Assembly: GCF_001194135.2 (NCBI RefSeq)
Contig: NC_068985.1
Location: 71,684,130-71,748,129 of the forward strand
Direction of reading: 5' to 3'
Origin: Octopus bimaculoides
Lineage: Eukaryota
DNA: 64,000 bases
Positions 1-15,091 of the stretch are shown one piece after another. The notes under the pieces were generated by a model. It did no database searches. It saw nothing but the letters and a program-made list of their open reading frames with translations, and had not been told where the DNA came from. The position numbers and the translations under genes are program-made. Numbering within the stretch: position 1 is the stretch's first letter; each line of letters opens with the position of its first letter.

Positions 1-3000
1 GATTTTATTCAACATATTTCCCCTCTCAGATTCACACACTTATTGCAGCAGTCCTTCAGTTTTTCTAAGCCCTGTAAAAGAACTTGGAAGGATGGGCCTC
101 CACCCAGGCCATTTGTGATACTCTTAAAGCCAGCAACTTTTTAGCACCCCCTCATACATTATGGAACAAGAAGTTACACACAAACATAATATAAATATAT
201 GTTCTTTTAATTATTAATTTTTTTTTTTATCAATTTCAATCATTGTAATGTGGCCAAGCATGGGCAAAGCTTTCATGGGTTCTAGTGAAATATATTAGCA
301 ACCTCAACACTTATTTCAGCCTTCTATTTATATTATTGATCTTCGTTCAGCTTCTTAGGGATGGGACATAAAAGAACCAGCATAAATAACAGGTTTTAAA
401 TAAATTGGATGCAGACATGGACACACACCTGCATGCACAAATGCATGCATATGATTGTGTGTGTGCATATGTGCAATAAGCTTCTGTGCAATTTCCATCT
501 ATCAAATTCCATTGCAAGGCTATAGTAGAAGACAGTTGCCTGGGATTCTACACCGTGGGATCAACCCAAGAAAATTGTGGATGTCTATGCATGCACACAC
601 ACATATACACACATATACATATACATACACATATCTTTATATAAATGTATGTATATCTGTCTATCTATTGATATATATATATTTGTATGTATGTAACAGA
701 ATACATATTTTATACATTTCCTGAAAGGAGCCAATGAAGGAGTTGTTACATATATAATTGATCAGCTAGAAATAGTCACCAAACCTTCCTCAGATTCCAC
801 CTTAAATAATGAAGAATGCATTAGATAATGTAGTCAAACTAGGATACCTGGATCATTGGTCTGCTTGATCAGAGTTGACCTAATGTTAAGCAACAATATT
901 GTATGTTTTAAAAGGGGGATGGCTATTTGGGGAAAAATCAGGGCATCCAGCAAAACCCCTCATTACCTATCTTCACTAAGGTATGTATCTTCTCCATTAT
1001 ATGAATCTACAATAAAAATTGGGGACGAGATCCACTCAGCTATTATGAAGATGATAATAATGATGATTTTTAGCATAGACTACTGGTAATTTATTCTGTT
1101 GACTGGAAAAATGAAAGGCAAAGTTGACCTCGACAAGATAATAATGATGTCTTTGTCACAAGGGTGACCTGCAATAAATACACTAATGCACACTAGTACA
1201 AAGTATTTTAGGTGTACAAAACCATCAGTGTACAAAAGACTATAATAATAGCATGTGTGTGCATGGGAATGTAGTGAGATAATACAAACAGAATATGAAA
1301 GCAGAAACAAAACGAGGATAAAGATACCTTGGGAAGTTAGTAGGAAGTAGAGAGGAAATTATACTAACAGCAGACTAAATGGGGTTTTTTTTCCTTTTTC
1401 TTTTTTCTGAAAATCACTGATGTAAATTAATGTACAGATATTACTCTGTGTAAACTAACCATGTAATAGAGGCTCAGAGAAATGGATATTTTGGTAATAG
1501 AGCGAAAAGCAAATAATTTAAGATCCTAGATTGTGTTACATCATATGATTAGCAAAGATGAAGGAAAAGAAACTGAAAAGGTGGAAAATTATTTCAACTT
1601 GGCCAGGGAATTTATCATTGAAGTATAAGGAACAACAGCACCGTGACAGTAGTGAAGGGACCTTCAATGTGATCACTTGACCTGCACCTGTATGGTCAAT
1701 TAAATCATCCTTAATATTTATGAACTTTTACTGAACAGTGGCTGACCTCTTTGGAATGGATTTCACTATCAGCTAAGTCCACTGTAAGGACTGCAGATTT
1801 CATCTGTCTGCTGATTGTGAAGAGTAATATGGTGTGCTAAACAGAGATGGTGAGCTGGCAGAATTGTTAGCACACTGGACAAAATGCTTGGTGGTGTTTT
1901 GTCCATCTTTACATTCTCTGAGGATAGGCATTTTCATCTTGAACTCTGTGACTCTTACAGGCAAAAGTGAGAGTCAAAGAAGTGGGTGCTGCCTGTTACT
2001 GCATCTGCTAGAAGATTGAGAAGAGGGAAGAAAATAGCCCGAGTCAATGGGTCAAATAGTGGAATAGTGAACCTCAAGGCACTAAGAAAGCTATACCTAA
2101 ATAACAGCATATAACAACAATTTGGCTGAAAAATTATTTTGGATAGAAACGGTCAAAGGGTGTCAGCCTTTTACTACGCAAGAGGATTTTATGTTTACAT
2201 GCTATTATTTATATCTTTATGTGTGCTTTGAGAGCCAGTATACCCTTATCTCAAACACACACACACTTACACACCCATATATATATAGATATAGGTTTAA
2301 ATACACGTGTGCACCTATACCTTTTATGCATTAGTTGTTTCCATCATTGGATTGTGGCTCTGCTGAGGCATCACCCTGAAGGAGTTAGTTGAACAAAATG
2401 AGCCCAATACTGTTTATTTTTTTTCTTATCATTACATCTGCTACTTGTTCTATTGGTGTCATTTGCCAGACTGTTTGATTATGAGGACACAGACACAACA
2501 AACCAACACCTATTGTCAAGTGGTGGTAGGGTGGACAAAACACAAAGCCACACTCACACACACATCACAGTTTCCATGTACCAAATTCACTCATAAGGCA
2601 TTGGTTAACTCAGGGATATAGTAGATGTTTACCCAAGGTTCCAAAATGAGCTTCCTAACCATACACTCATACTTGCACCTACACACTGCATACCACTACA
2701 GGTGTGTGTGTAGGTGTTTTTATATATATATGTGTGTGTGTTTATATATAATTATATATATATATATATATATTGCATTTTCAATCATTCATTTATCTAA
2801 TATTATTAATATCATATTTTTATAAATGTTGTTCCATCATTTTCAAAGTATTCAGTTTTAATGAATTGATTTCTCTGTTTAATGTTATTGATTTTGAATA
2901 CCAAGGTTTCCATTTATTTAGATTTTCTGGTCAATATTGATTTCTGACTTTGAACTTGTTCTTCTGAATAATGGTAATCTAAATCAGTGAGATTACTCTT

Positions 3001-4384
3001 ATCCTCTCACATGTAGCAACTTGTCTGTCATTCTCTGTCTATATTTTTGTCTCCTGGTTTCGTGGTTAGTTGCTTTGGTTGGTGGTTTCGGTTCCTGAAT
3101 TTCTGTCTCTTATTATTTATTTTTTATTGCCACTTCTGTGGTTTGTTTGCTGTATGAATATTCTTTTATATGTTCGAGTCATTGAACAGTGGCCATACTG
3201 GAACACCGTTGTGAAGTGCTTTAGTCAATCATAAATGTTTTTTGTGTGTGTCGGGTACTTATTTTATTGAACTCTGAGTTTGTAACTGCTATGTGCAGGA
3301 TAAAAAAAAAACCATAGTATTAGTTTTATCTTTCAGTTTCACTCACAAGGAATCAATTTTACCCTAATTTTGACTCTTTAATATTCAGATTATTCTATCA
3401 GATGTATCATCATCATCATCGTTTAATGTCTGCTCTCCATGCTGGCATGGGTTTGACTGGCATGGTTTGACTGAAGCTGATAAGCTGGAGAGCTGCACCA
3501 GGTTCCAGTTTTATATGGCATGGTTTTTATGGCTGGATGCCCTTCCTAATGCCAACCTCTCCAGGAGTGTAATGGGTGATTTTACATGCTACTGGCATAG
3601 GTGCCATTTACATGATGCTGGCAACGACCATGACTCTGATTCATGGGTGCCATTTACATAGCACCAGCAACAACCAGAATTCACAGGTACTTATTTATTC
3701 ACCTTGTTTTTAATTAATCATGCATTATCTTGTTGCTTTGAGATATGTTGCTTTGTTCATATGATACATTTTTAGAATGACAATATATGAAAATATATTC
3801 CTTGAGCGAGAGGCCAGATCTGGCCAGTTTGAACATAAAACAGGTAGAATATTTGGGCCAGTGATGGCTGCTTTAAACAAACACGAAAGGGTTAATGCAG
3901 TGGAACCCAACTTTACAGCATGTGGTACTGCAAAACCACATCTCTTCCCTTTCAACCAAATGTATGCTAAAATAAATGTTTGTACTTAAAATTTAACTAT
4001 TAAGAAATGATTTTCATTCTGTTTTCCTTTGGAAAGAGATACATGTTTCTATAGCAAGAACGTATGACTGCTAAAGATAAGGTACAGATAACTTTTAAAA
4101 AGTTCATGAATTCAATCTGTCCCTTCCATTAGCCTCCAACCCATGCCTTCCTGTGATGTATATGATATGAATATATATGATATGGAATCGGATCTGTTTG
4201 ACTGCATAGATCTCAAGATTAGAGGAGTGGGTATGTAAAAAGATGCAAAATTGGGAGCATGTATTTGCTTAAGTATATTAGCCATCAAATTACATGTTAC
4301 ACAGTCTTAAAAATAAGGAGGATGCATGAGATAATGTTGGTTTAGATATCTTTATGTAAGGGGATGGCCACAGCTGGAAAGCAT

Positions 4385-4793
4385 TTCTCTTTTACCTTTT
4401 ACTTGTTTCAACCATTTGACTGTGGCTATGCTGGGGCATCACATTGAATAGTTTTACTTCAATGAATCAACCACAGCACTTCTTTTTTTTGTTTTTTAGT
4501 CTGGTCCTTATTCTATCAGTCCCTTATGCTGACCTGCTAAGTTTTGGGGGGACATAAACACACCAGCACTTGTTGTCAAGTGATGGCAGGGGGACAAACA
4601 CAAACAGCGACATGCACAAATACACGCACACATATATGATGGGCTTCTTTCAGCATCCGTCTACCAAATTCATTCAAGGCTTTGTTCGGCCTAAGGCTAC
4701 AGTAGAAGACTCTTGGCCAAGGTGCCTTGCAGTAAGACTGAACACAGAACCATGTAATTGGAAAGCATGCTTCTTACCCCACAGCTATGCCTG
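4385..4793 (-). mobile_element. SINE family A copy
   Basis: Reverse complement of the 44066-44458 consensus. Confidence 0.8.
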
Positions 4794-6536
4794 CTGTAGA
4801 AATAAAGTCTATCATTTCTAGCAGATTGCGTACAACTTCCTCTATATGATTGCACTCAAACTGTTGGAAGTAGTTGCTATATCTTGCCTCAAATTACACA
4901 CTATCTAAAAATTGTAGATGGACTCAGCAAGTAATGCAGTTTTAGATGTCTCTAAAAAAGAAGCGATCAGTTTTTATAAGCAAATTCTGATGAGCTGTAA
5001 GAACAACAAAACTATTAATACTTGTCCTTCATTCCAAGCTGTGGAGCAGTTATGTTGTCTGGCAATAGGGTTTTATTTCATAGGGAAGCAAGATACATGT
5101 GAATAGAACTTTTGTATATGCATCAATATCATGGACCAATTTGTATTATTGGTACTCTAGTAATTTATTGAAAGATAATGTCATTTCCACACTCTAGATC
5201 AGCCATTTTTACCTATGGATCAATTTGATTCCTGTTTCACTTTGATGAACCCTAAAGATCATTTGATGTTTAAAAAATGCCATTATATTTTTTATGATTA
5301 AGTATCATTTGAAATTGTATTTGAAAAATTGTTAAAATATTTTGTGTCTTGTAGAAGTATAAACCAATTTATTGCATAGAAATATGACCTATTTATTGCA
5401 GATAAATTTTAACAACAAAATCTTATGTGGAACCCTAAGGGTCATATGGACCCTAGTTTGAGACAGATTTTTTTCCCTTTGCTATTATATTATGGCAGAA
5501 CTATTTTAGTCCTCTAAAAACTGGAAAACAGTTGTACAATAGAATTTTCACACCTATTGAAATAAATGGGAAATGAATGTAGTAGTTCTTTGTGTGCTTT
5601 TAGATAACTAAATTGTCTCTTCCACAATTTAATTGCTTCAGTTTCAACCCAAGATTCCAGATCAACTCATTTGGCAAACAAGTACAACAGTGTAAAATTT
5701 TACTTTTTGCTTTGTTGAAAGCTTCATTTCCCTTCCCCCATCACACACACACCATTTTGGTAATGGAGGGAGTGGAAAACTCAACAGTTTATGACAGACA
5801 TCTTTTTTTTATAGCTGTCTGTGCCTGTTTTATTATCTGAATGATTAAAATATATCTTATATAACAAGGAACTACTCCATAAACAGCATACAATTTTGTG
5901 TGCACAAAAAATAAAGATGCTGACTTGAGAATTAATAAAGATAATGACAGATCCTAAGCTGATTACATAATTGACTTAAGCATGCAAGCTTCCCTGCCTC
6001 CTTGTGTATGAGGGGGAGAGTAGCTTTATCTATGAGTGAATAGAAATGACTGTGTGATCATAGATATGGAAGAGTGTATGTTTGTACGTACACACACACA
6101 CGTATTCTCTTTCTTGCTCATGCATACACACAGGTATGTGTATGTCTATGGATGAATATTTTATTTATAGCTCAAAAGCTACAACAGTATACTCACTCAG
6201 GAGCCTAGATTTTCATGCCAGAGAACTTATCAATCTATGCATATGTAAATATATATTTCAGGTATGGCTTTATGGTTAAGAAGTTTGTTTTGTAACCATG
6301 TAATGTTGGGTTCAGTACCACTGCATTATATCAAGGGCAAGACAAATTCCTTGTGAAGCAAATTAGCAGTGTGAAACTTACTCCATGTCTATGTCCTGTA
6401 ACTTAGTGGTTAGACAAATGGAGAATGATAAAATAAATGTTGGTGCCAATATAATTGACTAAAACCCTTGCCCTGGCATGACTACAGTTCAATGACTAAA
6501 ACATGTAAAAGAATAAAAGAATATACATATGTATAA

Positions 6537-6616
<80 letters not shown>

Positions 6617-8607
6617 NNNNNNNNNNNNNNNNNNNNNNNNNNNNNNNNNNNNNNNNNNNNNNNNNNNNNNNNNNNNNNNNNNNNNNNNNNNNNNNNNNNN
6701 NNNNNNNNNNNNNNNNNNNNNNNNNNNNNNNNNNNNNNNNNNNNNNNNNNNNNNNNNNNNNNNNNNNNNNNNNNNNNNNNNNNNNNNNNNNNNNNNNNNN
6801 NNNNNNNNNNNNNNNNNNNNNNNNNNNNNNNNNNNNNNNNNNNNNNNNNNNNNNNNNNNNNNNNNNNNNNNNNNNNNNNNNNNNNNNNNNNNNNNNNNNN
6901 NNNNNNNNNNNNNNNNNNNNNNNNNNNNNNNNNNNNNNNNNNNNNNNNNNNNNNNNNNNNNNNNNNNNNNNNNNNNNNNNNNNNNNNNNNNNNNNNNNNN
7001 NNNNNNNNNNNNNNNNNNNNNNNNNNNNNNNNNNNNNNNNNNNNNNNNNNNNNNNNNNNNNNNNNNNNNNNNNNNNNNNNNNNNNNNNNNNNNTATATAT
7101 ATATATATATGACTCCTACAACTCATACACTTATGAATATGTACATATATGTGTGTGTGTATGTATATATTTATATACACATATGTACATTCACACACTC
7201 ATACATAATTATATATATGCACACACACTCATACACACACACATATATATTTGTGTCTAAAGCACGCATACATGAATTTATGTATGATTGTAAATCACTA
7301 ATTCACTTTTCATATGTAGACGGCTACCTTTGGTTTCCCGCTTACGCATTCTTCAGAGAACTCTAATATGTTTCTTTCTTTTATATCATGAAAAGTATCT
7401 TTGATAATATTTGTGAGAAGCGTATATATGTGTATTTATGTCTACGTATGCTTATCTCTCTCTATAAATGAATTCATGAATAAGTATATAAGACTATTTA
7501 GAAATGCTGTTGTTCACTTGGGTTTTATGCTGGTATGTTCTCTGGAAAAGCTCAGAAAATTTATGCATTTTCATGGGAAAAGATTTTGATAGATATTCTT
7601 ATGTGTACCAAGAATGGATATTTTTTTTTCTTTTCTTACATAATAATTCCTTGATTAGTGTCTCCTGCTTGCATTCCAACTACCTACGTCTGTCTAACAA
7701 AACTGGTTACTAACTTTGGAAACCTAATTCAAAAAAATTACTCAATATTGTTAAAATGAATGGAATAACATTAGTTATTTAAAACTGACTCTGCATGAAA
7801 AGCAACTCAGAGTTTTACATTTCCAGTTTCCAGGCAAAGCAACCTACATAAACTCAGCTTTCAGTAAACGTGTGTGTGTGTGTGTGTGTGTATGCATGNN
7901 NNNNNNNNNNNNNNNNNNNNNNNNNNNNNNNNNNNNNNNNNNNNNNNNNNNNNNNNNNNNNNNNNNNNNNNNNNNNNNNNNNNNNNNNNNNNNNNNNNNN
8001 NNNNNNNNNNNNNNNNNNNNNNNNNNNNNNNNNNNNNNNNNNNNNNNNNNNNNNNNNNNNNNNNNNNNNNNNNNNNNNNNNNNNNNNNNNNNNNNNNNNN
8101 NNNNNNNNNNNNNNNNNNNNNNNNNNNNNNNNNNNNNNNNNNNNNNNNNNNNNNNNNNNNNNNNNNNNNNNNNNNNNNNNNNNNNNNNNNNNNNNNNNNN
8201 NNNNNNAAAAATAAGTGAAACACAGGTGCACAACTGAGTTGAAGGCAGATTTACTTCTGCCTTTATAGCAGATAAAGAAACAGGTGTTGTAGGAGTGTCT
8301 GCAGCACTTGTACTTCAGCAGTACTATGCATAGCTTAAATACTGTGATTGAAAAGCAGGGATAAATTATGCCTACCTAATCTACAAAAAAAATATAATAT
8401 TATATATATATATATATTTTGCATTTTATGCATAGTAATCAGAGTAACCTTCATAATCTTATTGAATTAGGTACACATTTTGCCAAAAAAGGAAAATGTT
8501 GCTATCAATTTATTTTATTCAAAGCAGGTACTGCCTATCTTGTCTACCTAGACAGCACGTCCCTGGTATGTGTGTGTGTGTGTGTGTGTGTGTGAAAAAT
8601 GGATTAG

Positions 8608-8912
8608 CACTGGCACTCCATCGCTTATGATAACAAGGGTTCTAGTTGAATTGATCAACAGAACAACCTGAAATGGCTGACCACTCCATAGACACATGTA
8701 CCCTTTAACGTAGTTCTTAGGGAGATTCAGAATGACATAGAATTTGACAAGGCTGGCCCTTTGAATTACAGGTACTACTCATTTTTGCCAGCTCAGTGGA
8801 CTGGAGCAAAATGAAATAGAGGGCCTTATTCAAGGCCACAATGTGTCACCAGGAATTGAACACATGACCTTATGATCATGAGTCAAACGCCCTAACACTA
8901 AGCCACACACTT
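8608..8912 (-). mobile_element. tRNA-derived SINE family C
   Basis: The minus-strand head reads GTGTGTGGCTTAGTGTTAGGGCG...GTGTTCAATTCC. Copies lie at 10232-10558 (+, variant tail), 44490-45032 (interrupted), 58081-58282 and 59980-60140. Confidence 0.75.
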
Positions 8913-10120
8913 TCACAAATGGATTAGCGAATACATAAAATGGTCGAAACATGTTGATGTTTTTAGCCCTAGCTCATCTCTGATGAAATAGATCTATGTC
9001 TAAAGGAAACATAGCCAGGACTGTGGTTGGCATTAGGAAGAGCATCCAGCTGTAGAAACTCTCCCAGTTCAGATTGGAGCCTGATGCAGCCATCTGGCTC
9101 ATCAGTCCTCAGTCAAACCGTCCAATCTATGCCAGCATGGAAAGCAGACATTAAACGATGATGATGATGATATATGTATATATTTATGAGCGTGTGTCTT
9201 TGTGTCTATGATTGTCATCCCACCATCACATGACAACTGATAGTGGTGTGTTTACATCCCCATAACATAACAGTTCAGCAAAAGAGACTGATAGAATAAG
9301 TACTAGGCTTACAAAAGAATAAGTCCTGGGATCAATTTCTTTGATTAAAACCCTTTAAGGCAGTGCTCCATCATGGCCACAGTTAAATGACTGAAACAAG
9401 TAAAAGAATAAAAGAATAAAGTACATAGTACCTACAATGATCCAATATGTCCGAAACATTTTACAAAACCCAAAAAGTGTGATTTTGTAAGTGCTCTTTC
9501 ATCAGCCAGATATGTTAATAATTCATGCATATTTTGACTTATGGTAGCATTGCAGAGAAAGGTGTAAGTTGAAATGAGATAAGCAAAGGAATATTAGAAT
9601 ACAGAAAATAAAATGCTTAGACATGAAAAATGATATGGAAGAAGATTCAATGGATATTTTCAGAAGCAATTATATTTGCAACGGCATCTTAATTTCAAAA
9701 CAACACTCTTGATTACTAAAAAAACCCTTCTTAAACTTGTATCATTAACATAAATAATGTGCAGAAAGTGAGTACATCAGATAAACACAAGATTCCAATC
9801 CTGTCAAAACATCTACCTAGATATAAACTACTTTTCCTGAAGTAGATTATAAAGGGAAGCAAGCAATATTTTATATAGTTACAGCTCTTTAGCTTTGTTT
9901 TTTAATTTATTTTTGTCAATTAGAGATCACAAGGACTGTTTATGTTATTAGAGAGGTATTGCTGTATTAAATCAGCGAATAGTTATGTATGTGGTGATTG
10001 TATGGGTATGTGGTATATTTAGTATTATTTGGCACACAAAGCCATTAATTTGCTGCATACACATTTGTGATGAAATTATGTGTGTTATATATATATGTAT
10101 ATATGTTTATATAATATTAT

Positions 10121-10160
<40 letters not shown>

Positions 10161-10611
10161 TATATATATATATATGTTTATATAATATTATATTGTATAT
10201 ATATTTATATGATGTAACTACATAAAAACAAGTGAAGGCACATGGCTTAGTGGTTAGAGTGTTGGGCTCACAATCATGAGGTAGTGAGTTCAATTACCAG
10301 ACCAGGCTGTGTGTCTTGTGCAAGACACTTTATTTTCACATTGCTCCAGTTCACTCAGCTGTAGAAATGAGATGCAATGTCACTGGTGCCAAACTGTATT
10401 GGCTTTTGCTTTCTCTGGTGTGAAGAGGGGAGGCTGGTATGCATGGGCAACTGCTGGTCTTCCATAAAACAACCTTGCCTGGACTTGTGCCTCAGAGGGG
10501 AACTTTCTAGGTGCAATTCCATGGTCACTCATAACCAAAGAGGGTCCTTACCCTTTATATAAAAACAAGCGTTGATATTCTCACTCTGTTGCTTCTGCTA
10601 AATATTAATAG

Positions 10612-10697
10612 AAATATACATATACTCTTATTTTGAGTTTTATTTTTCCTGTTTGCACCAATATACCTAAATATATATTGGATATTAAAACAAACAG
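10612..10697 (+). CDS. Candidate exon (86 nt, phase 0 to 2), hydrophobic peptide
   Basis: Strong donor CAG|gtgagt, moderate acceptor attaatag|; frame KYTYTLILSFIFPVCTNIPKYILDIKTN. Confidence 0.2.
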
Positions 10698-12734
10698 GTG
10701 AGTTTGTTTATAAAAAAAAAAACAAAAACAAGTACATCCTCTTATGTGTGTTTCATTAACAAAGAACAGCTTCACAATGTAAAAAATTATATAATCAAAT
10801 GACATTGTCAGATCTTCAGCGATACATAATTCTCATTTGTAATTTTACTAGATTTGTGACAGTGTTGTTGAACCAGTAATAGCAACACTGTTATTAATTC
10901 AGAGTGTCTGTCTGTATACTAACCTACATATAACTCAAGTAAGATTTGAGGCAAAAAAGGAAACAACAACAAAAAAAAAAAACTGCAGTTTGACTAAATC
11001 ATCTCAAGGTTTAAATTTTTACCTACACCAATGGTCCTACCTCTGAACAGCATGATAGGTACATCAACTCACCCATATTCAACTCCCCACCCCCACTAAC
11101 TTGGTAGATTTCCTCCATCCAACCTTTCTGATCACTTCTACCATCTTCTCCCCATCCTTTGTCAGTTTTCCTTGACATTTCTATTACCATTGATTAACTA
11201 AACCATTAGTTAACCTCCCCCGCTCTCCAAGTCTTGTTTTCCATAACCAACCAACATCTAATCTTACTTCAGCTTCACCTTTTCCCCCGCCCCCAACCAC
11301 TCTAAATTTTCTATCCCCTGCTCATAATTCTTGCATCATCACTTCCTCTGTAGTCATGATCATGATTTTCAAATCCAGTCCTACCTGTGGCACTTTAATT
11401 CATGCACTGAGGTTTTCCCCTGTCTATTGTCAATAATGACCTTCTCTGTGGTCTCAATGCTGATTGCATCTCCACCCTTCCTATTCACTTTTCATCTTAA
11501 TACTTTATCTCTCCAATGAGCAATCTTGAGCACTTTACTCATACCCTGTTTTGACCCTACCACCACCCCTACGTTCCATGAATGACTGCAGTAAACAAGT
11601 CTCTAATTTGTTTGACCATTCAACATCTCTTCTAACCCTCATAACACCTAACCTTGGCCATTCTTCTGCTCTGGAACCCAGTATAACACTTGACCTTACA
11701 TCCAAAACTCTAGTATGCTTCTTGTACCCCACAAAATGGCAATTCTATATCGCCTCACAAACATTTACATAGAAAAGAACATTATTTACTGTCTTAAATA
11801 TTTGACCTGTGACCTCCTGTGCATTGGGGTGGGTAATAGACATAAGTTAGGAGATCTTTTAATGAGGGGATCTTCAGCTGACCCACCCATATTATTTCCC
11901 GTCTCTCATTCTGTGCTGTTGGTGAGCTGGCAGTACCATTAGCAAACCAGGCAAAATGTTTAGTGGAATTTTGTCTGTTTTCATATTATGAGTTCAAATT
12001 CTGTCAAGGTTGACTTTGCCTTTCTTCCTTTTGGGATCAGTATAATAAGTACCAGTTGAAGAATACTGGAGTCATTGTAACTGACTTACTCACTTTCCCA
12101 AAATTGCTGGCCTTGTGCCAAAATTTGAAACCATAATTTTACACCATGGATTTCCTGCTTCTTTCCACTGCAAAAAAAAAAAAAAAAATGATTCATTCCC
12201 CACCTCATCTTCTCAACCCCTTCAAATACAAAGAGAATGGTTTGTGATACAATCCTACACCACATTCCAACCTCCCACATTCACCCCATTGTTCTATGCC
12301 AAACTTCTTATACACTCATCTTACACATCTATGCATCTATTTAGATTGAATATACTATAAACTACACAGGCACATGAGCATAAGTACCCACTTAATGTAT
12401 AAGTACCCAAGCATACATACACAAACACACACACACACACACACCATCTCACCTTAAACCAACAAACATACTTCCAATGCACCACCCCTTCAGACATACC
12501 CCCCCACCCCCACCCACACACCGTAACACACCACAAAAATACACAGCGCAAGGCTTTTGTGAGAGAAACTAACTTCAGTACATATTTTCTCCTAAGCCTA
12601 GTACTAATTTCATCATTCTATTTTTGCTGAACTGCAAAGTTATGAGGATGTGAACAAACCAAGCAGTGGTGGGGGATAAGCACACACATATACAGACATA
12701 TATACATATGCATGTATGTATGTTTTTAAGGTCC

Positions 12735-12957
12735 AGCCAACATTCAGAATGTGTCTGAGACCTCTCTGATGAAAGCGTTCAAGGACCCTTACAAGGACCT
12801 AAATAGATGCTATATGGGGAACTTGTGAATGGAAAGAGACCCCAGCAGAAACCAAGGCTGCAATTTAAGGACTATGTCGAGTCCTCCTTAAAGACATGTG
12901 ATATGCAGTAGACTGACTGGGAGAACAATGTCTGTCATCGCCACAGATGGAGGAAGC

Positions 12958-12958
<1 letters not shown>
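12735..12958 (+). mobile_element. RTE (BovB-like) LINE ORF2 C-terminal fragment
   Basis: PK*MLYGELVNGKRPQQKPRLQFKDYVESSLKTCDMQ*TDWENNVCHRHRWRK matches the RTE C-terminal LYGEL..GKR...P...FKD...WE....R..WR pattern. Confidence 0.8.
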
Positions 12959-12995
<37 letters not shown>

Positions 12996-13054
12996 AGAGA
13001 GCATGTATTCTGCATGAAGAAATTAATAAAATCAACTGATTTTATTAGAGTTAC

Positions 13055-13164
13055 CTTTCTTTGCTTCTGGGTTATAGATTTTCAACTTGCCTTGGAGTTT
13101 TCGTCTACTAATTACTTGGATAATCTCAGTTGATTGAAGGTTCCCAACTTTTTCATGTGAGAAT
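13055..13164 (-). CDS. Candidate internal exon (110 nt, phase 2 to 1)
   Basis: Weak acceptor atgttag|, donor AAG|gtaact; frame FSHEKVGNLQSTEIIQVISRRKLQGKLKIYNPEAKK; phase-compatible with 19824-19968. Confidence 0.22.
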
Positions 13165-13491
13165 CTAACATATGTGTGTGTGAATGTTAAGAGACGTGTA
13201 AATGTTGACTGTATATCCTTGTATATAAATGTATATGTATGTGTGTATATATATATATGAATATGTACATACATGGGTGAAGAAGCAATGATGGAAGAGT
13301 ATTTAAGTATTTAAGAAGGGAGTTAAATGGTCTTAGAATAATAATAAAGTTTGTTTGGCTGTAACTCAAAGCCCTAGTAGGGTATCAATGTTGAAATTTT
13401 ATACAAGATAAAATAGTGATGCCTGTTGTTAGATAAGCTTCATCAGATATTAAATGTTGCATCAAGTATTTAGTTATTGAGTTTGTGTGTG

Positions 13492-13525
<34 letters not shown>

Positions 13526-13622
13526 TGTGTGTGTGTTTGTTTTAGTGTGTGCATGCATTCATGAGTGTATGTGTAAGATGTTTACTGTTAGATCTTTTTT
13601 TCCATGCTAGCATGGGTCAGAC

Positions 13623-13956
13623 CAAGAGTTTTCAACCATTTTTTACCTATGAAGCCCTTTGGTTACTATTTTATTCTGGTGGATCCCCATGGGAATTTTG
13701 AAAGAAGTTTCTATAAAACTAGTTTTTAAACATTGAAGGGCTATTTTGTTTTTCACTCATTAACTTGTGTAGGTTGAACTATGTAAAATGTTAGAGAAAA
13801 AGGCCTGTTTGTTGCAATACATACATCTAAGGCTAATTTTTTCAGGGACCCTTTAAATACTATTCTGGATCCCCAATTTACTATTTTGTTGTGTGGACCT
13901 TCCAAAATCTTATATGGGCCATCAGGAGTCACATGAACCCTGGTTGAGACCCACTG
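13623..13956. mobile_element. hAT (Buster-type) MITE, complete copy
   Basis: Ends are CAAGAGTTTTCAACC...GGTTGAGACCCACTG; the flanks ggtcagac and ggttagac match at 7/8 positions with a central TA. Related copies lie at about 5188-5466, 40351-40655 (opposite orientation) and 49187-49440. Confidence 0.75.
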
Positions 13957-14427
13957 GGTTAGACAAATGTTTGTTATTGAGGCATTGTTTGTACAGCCAG
14001 ATGCCCTTTCTTTCACAACATCTTTGCCTGTTTATAAGTTTAAGGATATGTTTTTAAAAGCATTGTTCTGGCAAATAATTTGTTGATAGGGAAATGTCAG
14101 CAAACATAACTGCATGCAACTTGGCACTTTATCCTGTGCACTGCAGAAAGTAAACTTCACATGTGCATATATATCATCATCATTATCATCATTTAATTTC
14201 TGCTCTTCCATGGTTCCATTCTCATGTTCATGATTTCCTAAAGTGGCCTTAGACAATAGATGCAAAGACATGCTTCTCTAGCTATCTTTATGTTTATGTA
14301 TCATGTGTTTAGCAGTTCAGCAAAAGAGATTGACAGAATAAGTATCAGGCCCTGAAAAATAAGTATTGGAGTTGATCTAAGATCTTTCAAGGAATAGCTC
14401 CACAGTCCTATAACTAAAACAAGTAAA

Positions 14428-14497
<70 letters not shown>

Positions 14498-15091
14498 CGG
14501 TAAACAGAGTTAGCAGTTGGAATAACTGTCTAAGGGATTAGAATATCCATTCTTACTACTGGTATCATTTACCTATGTTATCCCTGAGCATGAGTATGCA
14601 AGCACACTATGTTCATAGGGCACAGGTAATAACAGAATAAACAAAAGTTTATCAGGAATCAAATTTAAATAAACAGAAAATGGAGAAAACTTTTGATCGG
14701 CAAACAAACAAATTGACCAACACCGGTTAATTATTTTTTGATACAAAACATTGCATAACATTTCTTATGGCCATTTTGGCTGCCAAAGTCAGTTGGTGCT
14801 TACAAAGAAAATTCCGAAAATAATATTTGCTGTCTTTATAGCACATTAGATCTCGTACATAGAGCTTCATCAGAGTGAATACAAATGCATGAGATAAAAT
14901 AAATGAAGGGAGGAAGAAAGAACAGGGCCTTGAGATGAGGCCAGAAGGCTCAATATATTAGAATCATATTTTGCAGTGTGAAGTTTGAAGTCAATAGGCA
15001 AAAGAGTGAACTAGCAAATAAACTAGAGAAATAATTTATCAATTATCTCTTTATATAGGGGTACCAGGGTGTATAAATGAATATATATATA

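Noticed and set aside
10990-11772. C/T-rich tract with a TLDLT motif reminiscent of a LINE APE endonuclease (similar tracts at about 12140-12560, 31495-31880 and 46860-47200)
   Set aside because: It is too degenerate to assign by eye; probably ancient LINE debris.
4055-14875. Small plus-strand exon-like units (4055-4081, 4946-4996, 8525-8565, 9924-9955, 14842-14875)
   Set aside because: AG...GT units of 27-51 nt arise often by chance in AT-rich DNA and do not form one consistent chain.
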